A stretch of DNA of 63,992 nucleotides, the filler included, from Octopus bimaculoides (Eukaryota), in assembly GCF_001194135.2 (NCBI RefSeq). It is 5 parts of 4 records of this genome, joined end to end, with 100 filler letters (N's around TTAATTAATTAA, not from the genome) between each part and the next. Parts side by side here need not be neighbours in the genome. Positions count along the whole stretch, not along the records: positions 14,274 to 36,786 come from NC_069001.1; 4 more parts are not named here. One strand, given 5' to 3'. The notes under the pieces are model-generated. The model did not search any database. It saw only the letters and a program-made list of their open reading frames with translations, and was not told where the DNA came from. This document shows, piece by piece, positions 23,521-36,232 of the stretch. Position numbers and translations under genes: made by a program. Each line of letters begins with the position of its first letter. The stretch's first letter is position 1.

Positions 23521-24530
23521 CCATTGTTTAATTCTCTGCTGGCATGTTACTTATTCTGCTAGAGTCTTTTGGCACCGGTTGTCAAGCGGTAGTGGGTTGC
23601 GAGAAAAAGAAAAGAGGAAGAAAGTCTCCTTATTGTCCTCTATTGCATTCTTGTTCCATTTTTTAATATTTATTTATACATATATTGGCTTACGTGCACA
23701 CTTGTGCTCACCTTATAGTAAGTATGTATCTAAATTTTGCACGACTCTTTTACTCTATCTTTTAGTACTCCCTCATACTTTCTTCCTCTTTTCTTTTTCT
23801 CGTTCCCCCTCTCTCTCACATTTCTTGGCCCTCTCTTTCTTTAACTCCCACTTTTCCTCCTCGTTCATCTCCCTGTACCTTTCCCTTTGTCTCTTTGATT
23901 TTTTCTAATCCTTCAATCTCGCTGCCTCTACCCCTCTCTCCTCCTTCCACGTGACCGGTGTCCGGCCAGCCATGATCTTTGTTTCTTGGCCTGACTGCCA
24001 ACCGCCAACACCTCTAATGTCCATCTCTTATGTTCCTGCTTCCAGGCTTTCGCTTCATACATGCCAGCTCAATTTGATTCGTTCTCATTTGAAAGACACC
24101 TGTTGTTATATTCTTGTTTGTATTTGTAATTGTGTACCATGTTCTCCGTATTTTGTCTGTTGCTGTACACATTCTCTAGCTTTCTTTAAAAAAATCTAAT
24201 GTTTCTAGCTTAGACTTTTTTGGGGGCAACTAGATCGAACTCTCTCAAGCGTAACTGCCCGAAACAGTAAGGCCATTTGGTATTTTGACTGAGGAAAGAA
24301 GGCCACGAATGACCCGTATTTTTTTCCCTGTCCTTCTAATTGTTGCTTCTCCTGTCTGCCTTTGCATCGTCTATCTGTCCAAATGTTTTATTGACCTCTA
24401 TTGCGTTTTTGTTCCATTTTTTAATATTTATATATACATATAGTGGCGTACGTATACACTTGTGCTCACCCTATACATATATAGGTATATATATAGTCGA
24501 TATATGTAGTCGATATGTATATATGTAGTC

Positions 24531-25549
24531 GATAGCTTCCGCTATCTGGGCGACCAAGTTAGTAGTGGGGGTGGGTGCGCTGAAAGTGTAGCTGCTAGAA
24601 TAAGAATAGCCTGGGCAAAGTTTAGAGAGCTCTTACCCCTGCTGGCGACAAAGGGACTCTCACTCAGAGTAAAAGGCAGACTGTATGACGCATGCGTACG
24701 AACAGCCATGCTACATGGCAGTGAAACATGGGCTGTAACTGCTGAGGACATACGTAAGCTCACAAGGAATGAAGCCAGTATGCTCCGTTGGATGTGTAAT
24801 GTCAATGTGAATACCCGTCAGAGTGTAAGTATCTTGAGAGAAAAGCTNNNNNNNNNNNNNNNNNNNNNNNNNNNNNNNNNNNNNNNNNNNNNNNNNNNNN
24901 NNNNNNNNNNNNNNNNNNNNNNNNNNNNNNNNNNNNNNNNNNNNNNNNNNNNNNNNNNNNNNNNNNNNNNNNNNNNNNNNNNNNNNNNNNNNNNNNNNNN
25001 NNNNNNNNNNNNNNNNNNNNNNNNNNNNNNNNNNNNNNNNNNNNNNNNNNNNNNNNNNNNNNNNNNNNNNNNNNNNNNNNNNNNNNNNNNNNNNNNNNNN
25101 NNNNNNNNNNNNNNNNNNNNNNNNNNNNNNNNNNNNNNNNNNNNNNNNNNNNNNNNNNNNNNNNNNNNNNNNNNNNNNNNNNNNNNNNNNNNNNNNNNNN
25201 NNNNNNNNNNNNNNNNNNNNNNNNNNNNNNNNNNNNNNNNNNNNNNNNNNNNNNNNNNNNNNNNNNNNNNNNNNNNNNNNNNNNNNNNNNNNNNNNNNNN
25301 NNNNNNNNNNNNNNNNNNNNNNNNNNNNNNNNNNNNNNNNNNNNNNNNNNNNNNNNNNNNNNNNNNNNNNNNNNNNNNNNNNNNNNNNNNNNNNNNNNNN
25401 NNNNNNNNNNNNNNNNNNNNNNNNNNNNNNNNNNNNNNNNNNNNNNNNNNNNNNNNNNNNNNNNTGCCATCCGGTTTCACCAGTCCTCAGTCAAATCGTC
25501 CAACCCATGCTAGCATGGAAAGCGGACGTTAAACGATGATGATGATGAT
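24531..25549 (+). mobile_element. 5'-truncated RTE-clade LINE (RT C-terminus, gap, 3' tail)
   Basis: DSFRYLGDQVSSGGGCAESVAARIRIAWAKFRELLPLLATKGLSLRVKGRLYDACVRTAMLHGSETW...RWMC, then a 617-nt N-gap, then the RTE tail and (GAT)n. Confidence 0.9.
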
Positions 25550-25559
25550 GGTGATTTAT

Positions 25560-25607
<48 letters not shown>

Positions 25608-25614
25608 GTACAAC

Positions 25615-25770
25615 AGACTTTCGCACATTTTCCGTCTGCCAAATTAACTCACAAGGCATTGGTCATCCCAAGGCCCTAATAAAAGACACTTACCCAAAAT
25701 GCTACCCAGTGTGAGTGAACCTGAAACCATGGGGTGCCAAAGAGATACCTTAATCGCACAGCCATGCCAG
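25615..25770 (-). mobile_element. SINE family 1, 5' part
   Basis: Reverse complement of GGCATGGCTGTG...CACTGGGTAG...CTTGTGAG...TTGGCAGACGG. Confidence 0.7.
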
Positions 25771-25799
25771 AGCTATTCCTGACTTTCAAAATCACAGTT

Positions 25800-26300
25800 T
25801 CATGAGCTCCACCAACGTTGCTGTGTTGCTATTGGATAATAGCATTCGAATTTCTTCTAGCCACACTGTATTCTGATTAAACCCCTTTGTGACATTTATT
25901 GATTGTTTCTTCATGTAAACCGCTGATTGGATTCGATTGAATTTCTTGTTAATTATTTTTGTTTTTTTCCTTCAGTAATTCACGTCTGATGCCAGAGTTT
26001 TTCACTGAAAGCTTTTAACACCTGTTCGAGCGTGATTAATTTATACACGGCTGTTCTCTTTTTTCCCTCTAAACATTGTTTGTTTTAGTTTTCAGTGTTT
26101 GTAATTATTTGTTTGTTTGCATGTAAAAAAACAACAACATTACATAACTGATAGTTCTCTTTCTTTTCCAAATCCACAACCACCACAGCTTTATGCTTTT
26201 TATTGCTTCGCTCTTTTTTAAATTCTTCTCTTTCTCCAAGGGGCTGTTTTGCAGTTGTTGAGAGGGTATATAAACATCTGTTAATTTGACAAATTGAAGT
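25800..26300 (-). mobile_element. Possible highly decayed R4/Dong-like non-LTR ORF fragment
   Basis: Minus frames give KTAPWRKRRI and LEQVLKAFSEKL...INKKFNRIQSAVY, loosely resembling the N-terminal PPWKRR and LKQ.L.A.S.RL...QN..F...FY segments of R4/Dong ORFs. Weak. Confidence 0.3.
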
Positions 26301-28634
26301 GATCTTACTTGTGTAAATATTCTCTTGTGATTTCATTAAACACCATAGGAACAAGCTCATTAATTTTTTATATTCATAATAGACGTTGTATTTTCTGAAG
26401 TGGGAATCTTAGAAATAAAATGATCTACTCTCGAAACACCTCACTGAGTAATACTCTTGAAATGATAAACTTCAATTGCTTATACTGCTCGCTCTTCCAG
26501 ATGGAAGTATTATATTTTACAGTTACCACTGTTGTTAGGCTTTCTAATTGCATATTGTAAACCATCAGCTTGGTTACATGGTTACATAACGGCATTAGAG
26601 TGTTCAACCTGGTTGTAATGAAGCATATTAATTTCAGAAGCCCTGTTTATTGTTGAAGGAATGTCTGATCTAGGAGAATAGACTTGTGGTGTTATTTTTG
26701 CAATGCTTACATACTCGGGAATAAATTTACACTCTCCAATAAGGTATCTATTTATTATTAATATATTGTAGCAGATTCGAACGTGGATATCTGATCGCTA
26801 TTGTGGTTTTTTTTTTTTAATCTTGAGAGAACACCTCCGCACTTTAGGCAACGAGTGTTCATAAGAAAAGGGATTCACCAGAACACACACCGTCTAAAGG
26901 GAGTAGGTGCTCTCCGATTATGAAAAATAACAGGCATCGGCTATATTCGTTTTGGAATCTGTCAGAATGTATTAAAGATAAATAGATACGTTGTTGTTTG
27001 GATTCTTACTCTTCTGCGCACACCCCATGAGTTATTTACACTGCTCAATTAGCAGAAAATTTTCAAAACATCGGCTACTCTGTTGCATTCAAATGATGCC
27101 AATGTTGACATAATTGATTTACCGTGAAATAATTTAGTCCTGGTTGCAATTCTTCCTGGTATATTTCCGTTCTTTTCATAAAACAAATAGAGGGATCGTC
27201 TATATCGATTTCATGTCTCAAAAAAAGTTTATTTTATATTTACGATTCCTTCTATAACTTGACTAAAATTTACCTTTCTCGATTTCTATTTATTCATTGC
27301 TTCCATGTCGATGATGACGTTAGTAGCCATGCTGTTTGTAATACACTCCTGCATAGAGAATCATGGTTGAGACGACAAGCACTACCGTTCTAAATAAAAT
27401 TTCATTAGTGAATACGTTTAGAAGAATTATCAGTTGGAGAAAATATTTAACATACTCAGAGAGTTATCTCCTGAGGTAAATATGCGACTGCTGTCATCCA
27501 GTGTCTATCTTTTTTTCGCGTACGTATAAATGGGTGCATATATATGTAGGTGAAGTATAGACGAATGCTTATGAAGTTCGTTTCACAAACACGTACCTTT
27601 TTTGGTCCCACTTTGTGACATTTTGGCTAGGTGCCATTTCTGCTGCCTTGGATAACCCCATAACTTCTGAGTAAAAGTAGATAAGCTGGAAACTCGGTAG
27701 AGGCCTGTAGGATGGAATATATCTCTAACTGAAATCCCATTTTACTTACGTCACACTGAGTCACGCTTTTACCACCTTGGAATTACATTAAAGGTACAGC
27801 GTCCATGGAATACTCAGCCACTTAAATATTCAATGAGCCTGATAGTTCACTTGGTCAAAACTTAGAACTGATGGTTGGTAATTCTGAACGAGATCTATGT
27901 ATGGTTTTTCTTTGAGATTTATTCAAGTTCATACTTACATATCTTCTCTTAGAAAGATATACCCGTGAAAAAACCGCAACACGCTTAGGCATTCTTTTAG
28001 GTGTATAGGTGACGTTATTTCCTGACATGTATACGTTTGTCTATAATAATATAATATAAATGAATAAAGATACGCCAAAAAACTGACTCGATAGCTAACA
28101 ATTTTTCTATAGTAGTACAGTTTCTTTATATCTAAACTTCTCCAAATACTCAATTTAAAATTTCTTAATAGAAATCTTATTAGACAAACACTAATTAAAC
28201 CTCACTCTGACCCATGCTGTGTGAACAACCAAGTTATCCACAATCATTCCTTTGTGAACTTTAAAATACAATAACCAACTTCTGCACAAACAATGTAATG
28301 ACTTAAATTTGATACTTCTCTTTACGCTTTCACTTCCACGCCTGATTGAACCTTAAACAATAACCAAAATTCCAACAACAAACGAAAATAAATCTCCTTA
28401 CCATAATTTTCCATCAACCCACAACCTACAAACACATAGTGTCCCTTCACAATTCCTTCTCCACTCTACCTACATCTAATTACAATTCCCATTGCGCCAC
28501 CATACTAAAAAGTACTCGCCAAAGATTATATAAGCTCCAAAAGAACACAACTAAGGCACAGTCTTCTGAAGCCCAGCAAGACGAAACTACGAAGTTACTG
28601 TCAACCACTTTTTCGTGTAAAAGTATTTATATTT

Positions 28635-28944
28635 CCCAGTACCGCCTGACTGGCTCCCGTAGGATTTTCGAGCGAGATCGTTGCCAGTGCCCCTGGACTG
28701 GCTTGTGCGGGTGGCACATAAAAGACACCATTTCGAGCTTGTCCGTTTTCGTGCGGGTGACACGTAAAAGCACCCACTACACTCTCTGAGTGGTTGGCGT
28801 TAGGAAGGGCATCCAGCTGTAGAAACTCTGCCAAATCAGACTGGAGCCTGGTGTTGCCATCCGGTTTCACCAGTCCTCAGTCAAATCGTCCTACCCATGC
28901 TAGCATGGAAAGCGGACGTTAAACGATGATGATGATGATGATGA
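28635..28944 (+). mobile_element. RTE-clade LINE 3' UTR with (GAT)n tail
   Basis: Matches 16680-16933 and 25465-25549; ends CGTTAAAC(GAT)n. Confidence 0.85.
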
Positions 28945-29129
28945 TTTATTCTTTTATACTTTTCAGCCCAAAGGTTGTGGCCATGCCGAGCACCACCAGT
29001 GTAGTCACTTTTTCAATGGCAAATCTTCTGATTGGCTTTTTGTGAAGGAGGGGGTTTAACACTATTGCCCTGTTTTGAGTTTCCTGCCGTGATAAAAGCT
29101 CATCTGGGACCTTGTAACCTATATATATA

Positions 29130-29490
29130 TATAAAACTTTTATTTGTTTTGGTTTTTGGAGTCTGAGCATACTGAGGCACAGCCTTGAAAAGTGTTGTCG
29201 TACAAATCGACCTGAGTACTTGTATTTTAAGCTGGTACTTTTTAGCAGTCTCTTTTGCCGAATCGCTAGATTAAGAGGACGTAAACAAACCGACATATGT
29301 TATCAAACTCTTGTTGGGGAGGGAGGAAAACACATAGGCACATACTCACATGACAGAATTTTTCTGTTTCTGTCTATCAAATCCACTCACAAGGCTTTAG
29401 CATAGGAAATTTGCCGAATGTGATGAAGTGTAGGACTGAACCCAATATCACAAGGCTGGGAAGCAAGCTTTTAATCACAAAGCTACACAA
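29130..29490 (-). mobile_element. SINE family 1, diverged
   Basis: CTCTTTTGCCGAATCGCTA, CAAATCCACTCACAAGGCTT and GTAGGACTGAACCC are reverse-complement family 1 motifs. Confidence 0.75.
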
Positions 29491-29507
29491 CCATGCTGAT
29501 GCATACT

Positions 29508-29553
<46 letters not shown>

Positions 29554-31069
29554 GGAAGAGAAATGATTATGGATTCGCATCAGACACAGGTGAAGTGATA
29601 GAACGAAACAAACGTATTCTATAAAGTGAAGTAAAGTGAATAACATTTATTCAAATCAGAGTCAGTATTTACTGTGTTGGGATTCCGTTTTTCAAGAGAT
29701 GCAATAACCATTCTTTGAATTTGCTTTATTTACACATCTATCAGGTGAAATTTTGGGAGAGAAAAAAACCCAAAATAATAAAAACAAAAAATCTAACAGT
29801 GAAGACAACTTGACCTGCTGCTGTCGGTTACAATATATAATACATGGCTAAAAGAATGAGGAAGAAAAAAGTAAGGGGTAAGAGCTATAATACGTTGGTG
29901 GAGAAGATGTAGAAAAGCAAACGAAAAAATCTAAGCAAACAAACCATCGATGAAGAAGAAAAAGAAGTGTAACAAAGAATCATGGGAAATACTTAACACC
30001 TTTCATTTACCTGTTTATTTGCTTATTTGATTATTTCTTCCTCATTCTTCATTTTCTTCCTGTCTTATTTTTTGTACCTCCTCATCTTCCAATTCATCTT
30101 CTATTTCTTCTCATTTTTCTTGTCGCATTTCTGCTTCACGGCATATTTTGCTCTCTCTACACCTCTGTCTTCCAATTTTTCTTATTCGTTTTCTTTCCAT
30201 TTACCGTCTTTTCCTTTTTCTCAGTCTACGACTTTCTCTCGTCTGCTTTTCTCTTCCAGCGAAAAGCCCTTTCTAACCAAACGATCTCGCCCTAGTTCTA
30301 TACAGGTTCCGTTGAACCAAAGGAACCCATCTAAATGATATGTCTAAAGCATATCTCTAATTATGGATTTTAAGTTGTGCGAAAACAAAATGAGAATGTT
30401 CATGTGGCTGCTCATGCAGGCTTCATGTTAAAGAAATGTTATCAACCTATCCATCCCTCGATCATATATTACACACATGCTCACGTGCACGTATACGCAC
30501 ATATACGTATGTGTGTGTGTAGGCATAATGTATAAAACATACACTTATATACACAGATACACACACATATTCACATACATAGATCTACAAATACACACGC
30601 GCACACACACACTCACTCACAGACACAGACGCAGCCACACACAGATAGACACAGACACACACACACACACACACACAACTATATCTGTACATATGAAAGT
30701 TGTGGAGGCATGTGGTGATTTCTTTATTTGAGCACTCGGGCTCGACATAGAGGGGACGATACAGGGACAGACAAAATAGCACAGTGGGGATATAAAACAT
30801 AGAATGAATGAATGATAGAAATGGCTTTCCTGCTCCCCACTCGCAGGCAGTGTCATTTGAATGTTTTTTTATTAACATTTCTAATTCAGTTCTTTTTTCT
30901 TTTCTTTTTGCTTCTTTTTTTTAAAGTCACAAACGATTTAAAAATTTTACTTACATTTTCTTTCCCTTTTATCACACTAGATACAGCATCAAATCTTTGA
31001 TACCGTATCTGGTGGCAGTTCGTCAAATTGAACTTGTAATCCTGTTATTTCTATCTTCTCCCAAAATAG

Positions 31070-31238
31070 GAGGCGAGTGGTTTCGATTCTTGGAGTGGAC
31101 GATGCTTGTGTTCTTTAGCAAACACGTCATTTCATGTTGTTCTATTCTACTCGGTAGACAAAAACGACTTATCCTACGTCAGACCGGCGGCTCATCTGGT
31201 GGAGGGAATATATATACTCTACAATGGTGCATCCCAAA
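31070..31238 (+). CDS. Candidate internal exon A of an unrecognised gene (EASGFDSWSGRCLCSLANTSFHVVLFYSVDKNDLSYVRPAAHLVEGIYILYNGASQ)
   Basis: Pyrimidine-rich acceptor TTATTTCTATCTTCTCCCAAAATAG at 31069; strong donor AA|GTGAGC at 31239; 169 nt open in phase 0 to 1; unique, non-repetitive sequence; phase matches exon B. Confidence 0.55.
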
Positions 31239-31429
31239 GTGAGCAGTACTGCCTTCCTGGGAGTGTTGGAAAGATCCAGAGGGGGAATTCAAGGAAAGTG
31301 GGGCAATAATGGAATGGTCAAAAGGTGGGTGATGGTTGTAAAAGCAACAAAATAGTGGATTAATTAGGTTCAACTTTATATGCAAAATAGAGTTGTTTTG
31401 AATTTGAGACAGAACGTGGTGAATGTGGT

Positions 31430-31498
31430 GGTGGAGGGCGCTAGGAATGTGGCCCAGATGCCAACGGGCAGCAACCCGATAAAGTTTGGGTATCGCTG
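31430..31498 (-). mobile_element. hAT/Charlie-like MITE end
   Basis: Minus strand TAGAG|CAGCGATACCCAAACTTT resembles Charlie-type termini; only one end seen. Confidence 0.35.
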
Positions 31499-31614
31499 CT
31501 CTACAAGATTGGGAGCCTATGCTTTGGGAAAGATCTTCGGTTCTTTGATATATGCTAAATTGGGATAGATTCTTGTGATAAGGAAAACAGCACTGTCGAA
31601 ATAAAGAAGAGACA

Positions 31615-32005
31615 CAGGTGTGGATGTGTGGTAAGACGCTTGCTTTCTGGTCACATGGTTCTGGGTTCTGTACCACTGCTTGGCACCTTGAGCAAGTGTC
31701 TTCTACTATAGCCTTGGGCCGACCAAAAACTTAAGAGTCGATTTGGTTGATGGAAACTAAAAGAAGCCCATAGTATATATATGTGTGTGTGTCTGTGTGT
31801 GTCTTTGTATCTGTGTTTGTCCATTACCACTGCTTTGTAATTGTTGTTGGTATGTTTAACGTCCCTGAACTTTAACGGTTCGGCAAAAAGACACCGATAG
31901 AATTAAGTAGCAGACTTAAGAAAAAAAATGTAGTGGAGTTGATTCATCACACTAAAGATTCTCCAAGGTGGTGCTGCCCCAGCATGGCCGCAGTCTAACG
32001 ACAGA
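31615..32005 (+). mobile_element. SINE family 1, near full length
   Basis: GTGTGGTAAG...GGCACCTTGAGCAAGTGTCTTCTACTATAGCC...CCAGCATGGCCGCAGTC. Confidence 0.85.
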
Positions 32006-32116
32006 TACGAGTGGAGGACAAAAGCTAGATACCATTCACCACATACTGATAACATTCTATTCCGCTAACACAATCATCATTTCTGTATGTGTATTTTATT
32101 TTTGATCATTCCCGTC

Positions 32117-32241
32117 ATTCTCAATATGAAATGCAAAGACTATATTTCTGGAAAATAAAATAATTCAGCCGGATTTGAAAACAGCACGACATTATTGTTG
32201 GAATCTATTTCTTGTAACCGCACACTGTTGTAAACACGCAT

Positions 32242-32331
<90 letters not shown>

Positions 32332-32518
32332 ACACACACATCGTGGATATGTTCCTGCACAGACACTCATACAAACGCTCACACATATAAATGATTATGT
32401 ATTTAGATCTGTCTGAGCAAAGATGCGTTAGACCGAAACAATAATATCTTGCTGTTTTCAAATCCGGTTCAATTATTTCATTTTCCGCCAATATTGTCTT
32501 TGCATTTCATATCGAGAA
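32117..32518. repeat. Foldback element: ~82-bp inverted arms around a (CA)n tract
   Basis: 32117-32199 is the reverse complement of 32437-32518 with few mismatches (TTCTC.ATATGAAATGCAAAGAC...CCGGATTTGAAAACAGCA.GA.ATTATTGTT). Confidence 0.85.
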
Positions 32519-32694
32519 CGATAAAATAATGACAGACTGAAGTAAGTACTAGCTTCAATATAATCAACTAAAAAAAAAAACAAAAAAAAAACATAAAGAT
32601 GGTGCTCCATTTTGAGTGTAATCTGATGAGCGAAACCAAGCTGGAGTAAAGAACGGTTATAGCCTTGTGGAAGCTCTGGCTTTGTGTTGAGGCG

Positions 32695-32830
32695 TAGGCA
32701 TGGCTGTAGTGGAGCAGGCGTAGTTGGGTTCTGGGTTCAGTCCCACTTTGTTGCACCATGGGCATGTGTCTTGTTATAACTTTGGGCCAACCAAAGCCTT
32801 GTGAGCGCATTTAGTAGAGAGAAACTAAAA
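32695..32830 (+). mobile_element. SINE family 1, 5' part
   Basis: GGCGTAGGCATGGCTG...GGGTTCAGTCCCAC...GGGCCAACCAAAGCCTTGTGAG. Confidence 0.75.
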
Positions 32831-32841
32831 GCCAATCATAT

Positions 32842-32876
<35 letters not shown>

Positions 32877-33212
32877 TATATATATNNNNNNNNNNNNNNN
32901 NNNNNNNNNNNNNNNNNNNNNNNNNNNNNNNNNNNNNNNNNNNNNNNNNNNNNNNNNNNNNNNNNNNNNNNNNNNNNNNNNNNNNAGCAGTCAAAGAACT
33001 ACTAATTCTAACTGCAATTTTTTCTCCAACGGATGACGATCTTTGACTGCTATTTCTAAATTTTCAGTATGTTGGTGAAGCAACTCATGCTGATCCTTAT
33101 ATATTTATAATTACAAATGTTTTACCGATAAAGGTTTTTTTGCATACTGAACTACTTGGCAAAATTGTTAATTATTAATTTTATTAACTAATTGGCAATT
33201 CCCTGCCCCATA

Positions 33213-33258
<46 letters not shown>

Positions 33259-33375
33259 TTCAAAAAAACACAAAAAACAATAACAAAAAAACAACAAGGT
33301 GGGGACGTGATACGGATAGTGTTATTGGACGCTTGGGAAAGGAAGGAGGTGTGTTTGTGCGCGCGCATGTGTGTT

Positions 33376-33417
<42 letters not shown>

Positions 33418-34116
33418 ATTTATGGTATATTCTGTTAAGAACGTAGTAGCGTACAGTATAAAGCTTGTACACCTTCAGATTTTATGCTGTCCTATCCATA
33501 CACACTTCTAGGCTTGTGTTTGGGTGTCTGTCGTGTGTGAATAGATAACAGAAAAAATTTGGAGTAGACAGAAGGTTGCACATATATTTTCTATCACTAC
33601 AATTGTTTCCATAGTTCTCCAGGTGTGCAGTTGCTTGAGTATGCAACTGTTTCTCTGCATTATAAGTTGTAGTTGTGTTTCCTCAGGCGATATGTAAATA
33701 GTGTCTGCGTAAGTTCACATTCTCTGCTTCAAGAATATCCTCTCTGTCTAATGTGGCTTGAATTTAGAAGTAGTGACTGAGTTCATCATGGTGTTACATT
33801 GAAGAACCGTTGGAAAACTGCTTTGAATGTGTGTATGTCGTGGGATGGTTATTCTGCTACTGTTAAAGTGGATGCCGTTTGAAAGGGATTGGCATTTAAT
33901 TTCTTTGTACTGTTGGCTTGTTTACCATATTTTGTTGCATTACACACACGATTGTCCTCAGCTGACCCTTACGAATAGTTCTATATGCACATATATGTGA
34001 TCGCTCACATATATGTGATCCTTATACATACTTATGCTCGCACCCACACATCCATATCTATCTATCTATCCATCTATCTGTCTATCTATCTGTCTGCCTA
34101 CTACTTACTTGCCTGC

Positions 34117-34148
<32 letters not shown>

Positions 34149-34159
34149 ATCTATATCTA

Positions 34160-34190
<31 letters not shown>

Positions 34191-34407
34191 ATATATATAT
34201 ATATATATANNNNNNNNNNNNNNNNNNNNNNNNNNNNNNNNNNNNNNNNNNNNNNNNNNNNNNNNNNNNNNNNNNNNNNNNNNNNNNNNNNNNNNNNNNN
34301 NNNNNNNNNNNNNNNNNNNNNNNNNNNNNNNNNNNNNNNNNNNNNNNNNNNNNNNNNNNNNNNNNNNNNNNNNNNNNNNNNNNNNNNNNNNNNNNNNNNN
34401 NNNNNNN

Positions 34408-34441
<34 letters not shown>

Positions 34442-34444
<3 letters not shown>

Positions 34445-35000
34445 GTAAATATAATATGTAACAATTATTCGGTAGCCATGATAAAACTCCGAGTTTCAGA
34501 TGTCGGGGCGGAAACCCACGTTGGCATCTCTTCAGTTATCGGGTCATCAAAAACAAATGCTATGAAAATGAACGTTAAAACGAAGGGGAATAACTGTGTG
34601 ATTGACCGTTATTAAGATAAGAGTTATTAGAATGACCACTAAGTAAGGAGAAGGGAGTAAAGGTAAGGGAGTAAAAATGTTCATAGTAATTGCGTAAGCG
34701 TGCATGTCCATACATACGCATGCGCACCTGAACACACATGTACATACGCCTATATGTATATACTCATCCACCCTCACTTGAAATACACACATGCTCACCC
34801 ACACATTCGCCAAAAAATATATACATACCCGCATACACGCTGGCATACACACGTGCACAAAAAGGTTCATACACATGTCTATATACGCATATGTACAAGA
34901 AAAGTAGAGCTAAAGGCAAAATATAGAAAAATGTGTAAAAAAAAGTGTAAAAAATATGCGATAAGAGTAAAACATATCTATATACGCACATACTCACATG
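34442..35000 (+). repeat. Dispersed ~0.5-kb repeat, copy 1 (possible non-autonomous Helitron, 5'-TC after A)
   Basis: Reverse-complement match to 54640-55123 throughout (ATAAAACTCCGAGTTT.AGATGTCGGGGCGGAAACCCAC...CACCCTCACTTGAAA). Confidence 0.8.
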
Positions 35001-35449
35001 AACACACACACATGTCTATATACGCATATATCCGCACACACACACATGCGCACAAGAAAAAAGAAAGTTCATACACACGTCTATATATGCACATACCCGC
35101 ACACATTCACATGCGCACACATTCACATGCGCACACAAAAAATTCCATATACACGTCTATATACGCACAGGAAAAATGCAGGGTGGAAGGAAGAAGACAG
35201 AAAAAATATCTGTAAAAGATATATGAGCAATAAGACTATAAACCAATATCTCTATAAATATGTAAAATATATATATATATATAAAATATATAAGAAATAT
35301 AAGTAAAAAGTATAGAGAGATAAAAAGCTTGTATGTGTACACAATATAGAATGCAAGTCCTATCTCTAATCTCGGGGACATGTATATACTTATGTACATA
35401 TATGTATATTAATATGTATATATATACATATATATATAAACATGTATAC

Positions 35450-35480
<31 letters not shown>

Positions 35481-35486
35481 CATACT

Positions 35487-35537
<51 letters not shown>

Positions 35538-36079
35538 ATATATATTATATATATATTATATATATANNNNNNNNNNNNNNNNNNNNNNNNNNNNNNNNNN
35601 NNNNNNNNNNNNNNNNNNNNNNNNNNNNNNNNNNNNNNNNNNNNNNNNNNNNNNNNNNNNNNNNNCCCCTTAAAAAATTTTATGTAAATCCACGTTTTCG
35701 GCTATGGGGATACTGATACTGAAAAAAAATTGGCGCAAATCGTAACTTCCAAATTTCAATCTCCCCACCCCTATTTCTACATTTTTCACTTTTTCAGAAT
35801 CCTTTGGGGAAATACGAAGAAAAATATGGAGATTATGATTCTGAAAAAAAGTTGTTTGTAAAATTTATACTTTCGAAAAATAAATAAATATAAATAAGTA
35901 AAGTAAAACACAACCCCCCCTCCCGATTCTATGGCCTTCAAGCAGGCTATCCACATGCTAGAAATAACAGCGAAATCTCACAAGAATTTGTTGGCGAATA
36001 AAACTGCGATAAAATAATGAAAGAAACATGTAATGAATAGACTCAGCTTTCTGCAAAGATTTCTTTCAGAGAAATTTCC

Positions 36080-36232
36080 TGCAGTAAAATGAGGTATACT
36101 GTGAGAAAGTTGTAAAAAAGTGTTTGTTGGCGATTTGACTTATTTCTGTACTCATAATTTTTGTACCTTTCAAGCTTCATTTTGTAGAAAAAACAACAAA
36201 ACACTTTTAGCTGTATATCTCATTTTACTGCA
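36080..36232. repeat. Small foldback/MITE-like inverted repeat
   Basis: TGCAGTAAAATGAGGTATAC...AAAAGTGTTTGTTG versus CAACAAAACACTTTT...GTATATCTCATTTTACTGCA. Confidence 0.65.

Noticed and set aside
24257-24272. GCCCGAAACAGTAAGG as a hammerhead 3' half
   Set aside because: No CUGANGA upstream; kept only as a hint of PLE origin.
27422-27475. Upstream exon for the candidate gene (KNYQLEKIFNILRELSPE, donor GAG|GTAAAT)
   Set aside because: The donor is good and phase 0 fits, but the acceptor is weak and the alternative ATG frame is out of phase; insufficient support.
31179-31676. 165-aa minus ORF
   Set aside because: A composite of antisense SINE head, hAT MITE end and low-complexity sequence.
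32623-32640. CTGATGAG-C-GAAAC hammerhead core
   Set aside because: No stem II loop, no UH cleavage triplet and no stem I partner; chance or too decayed.
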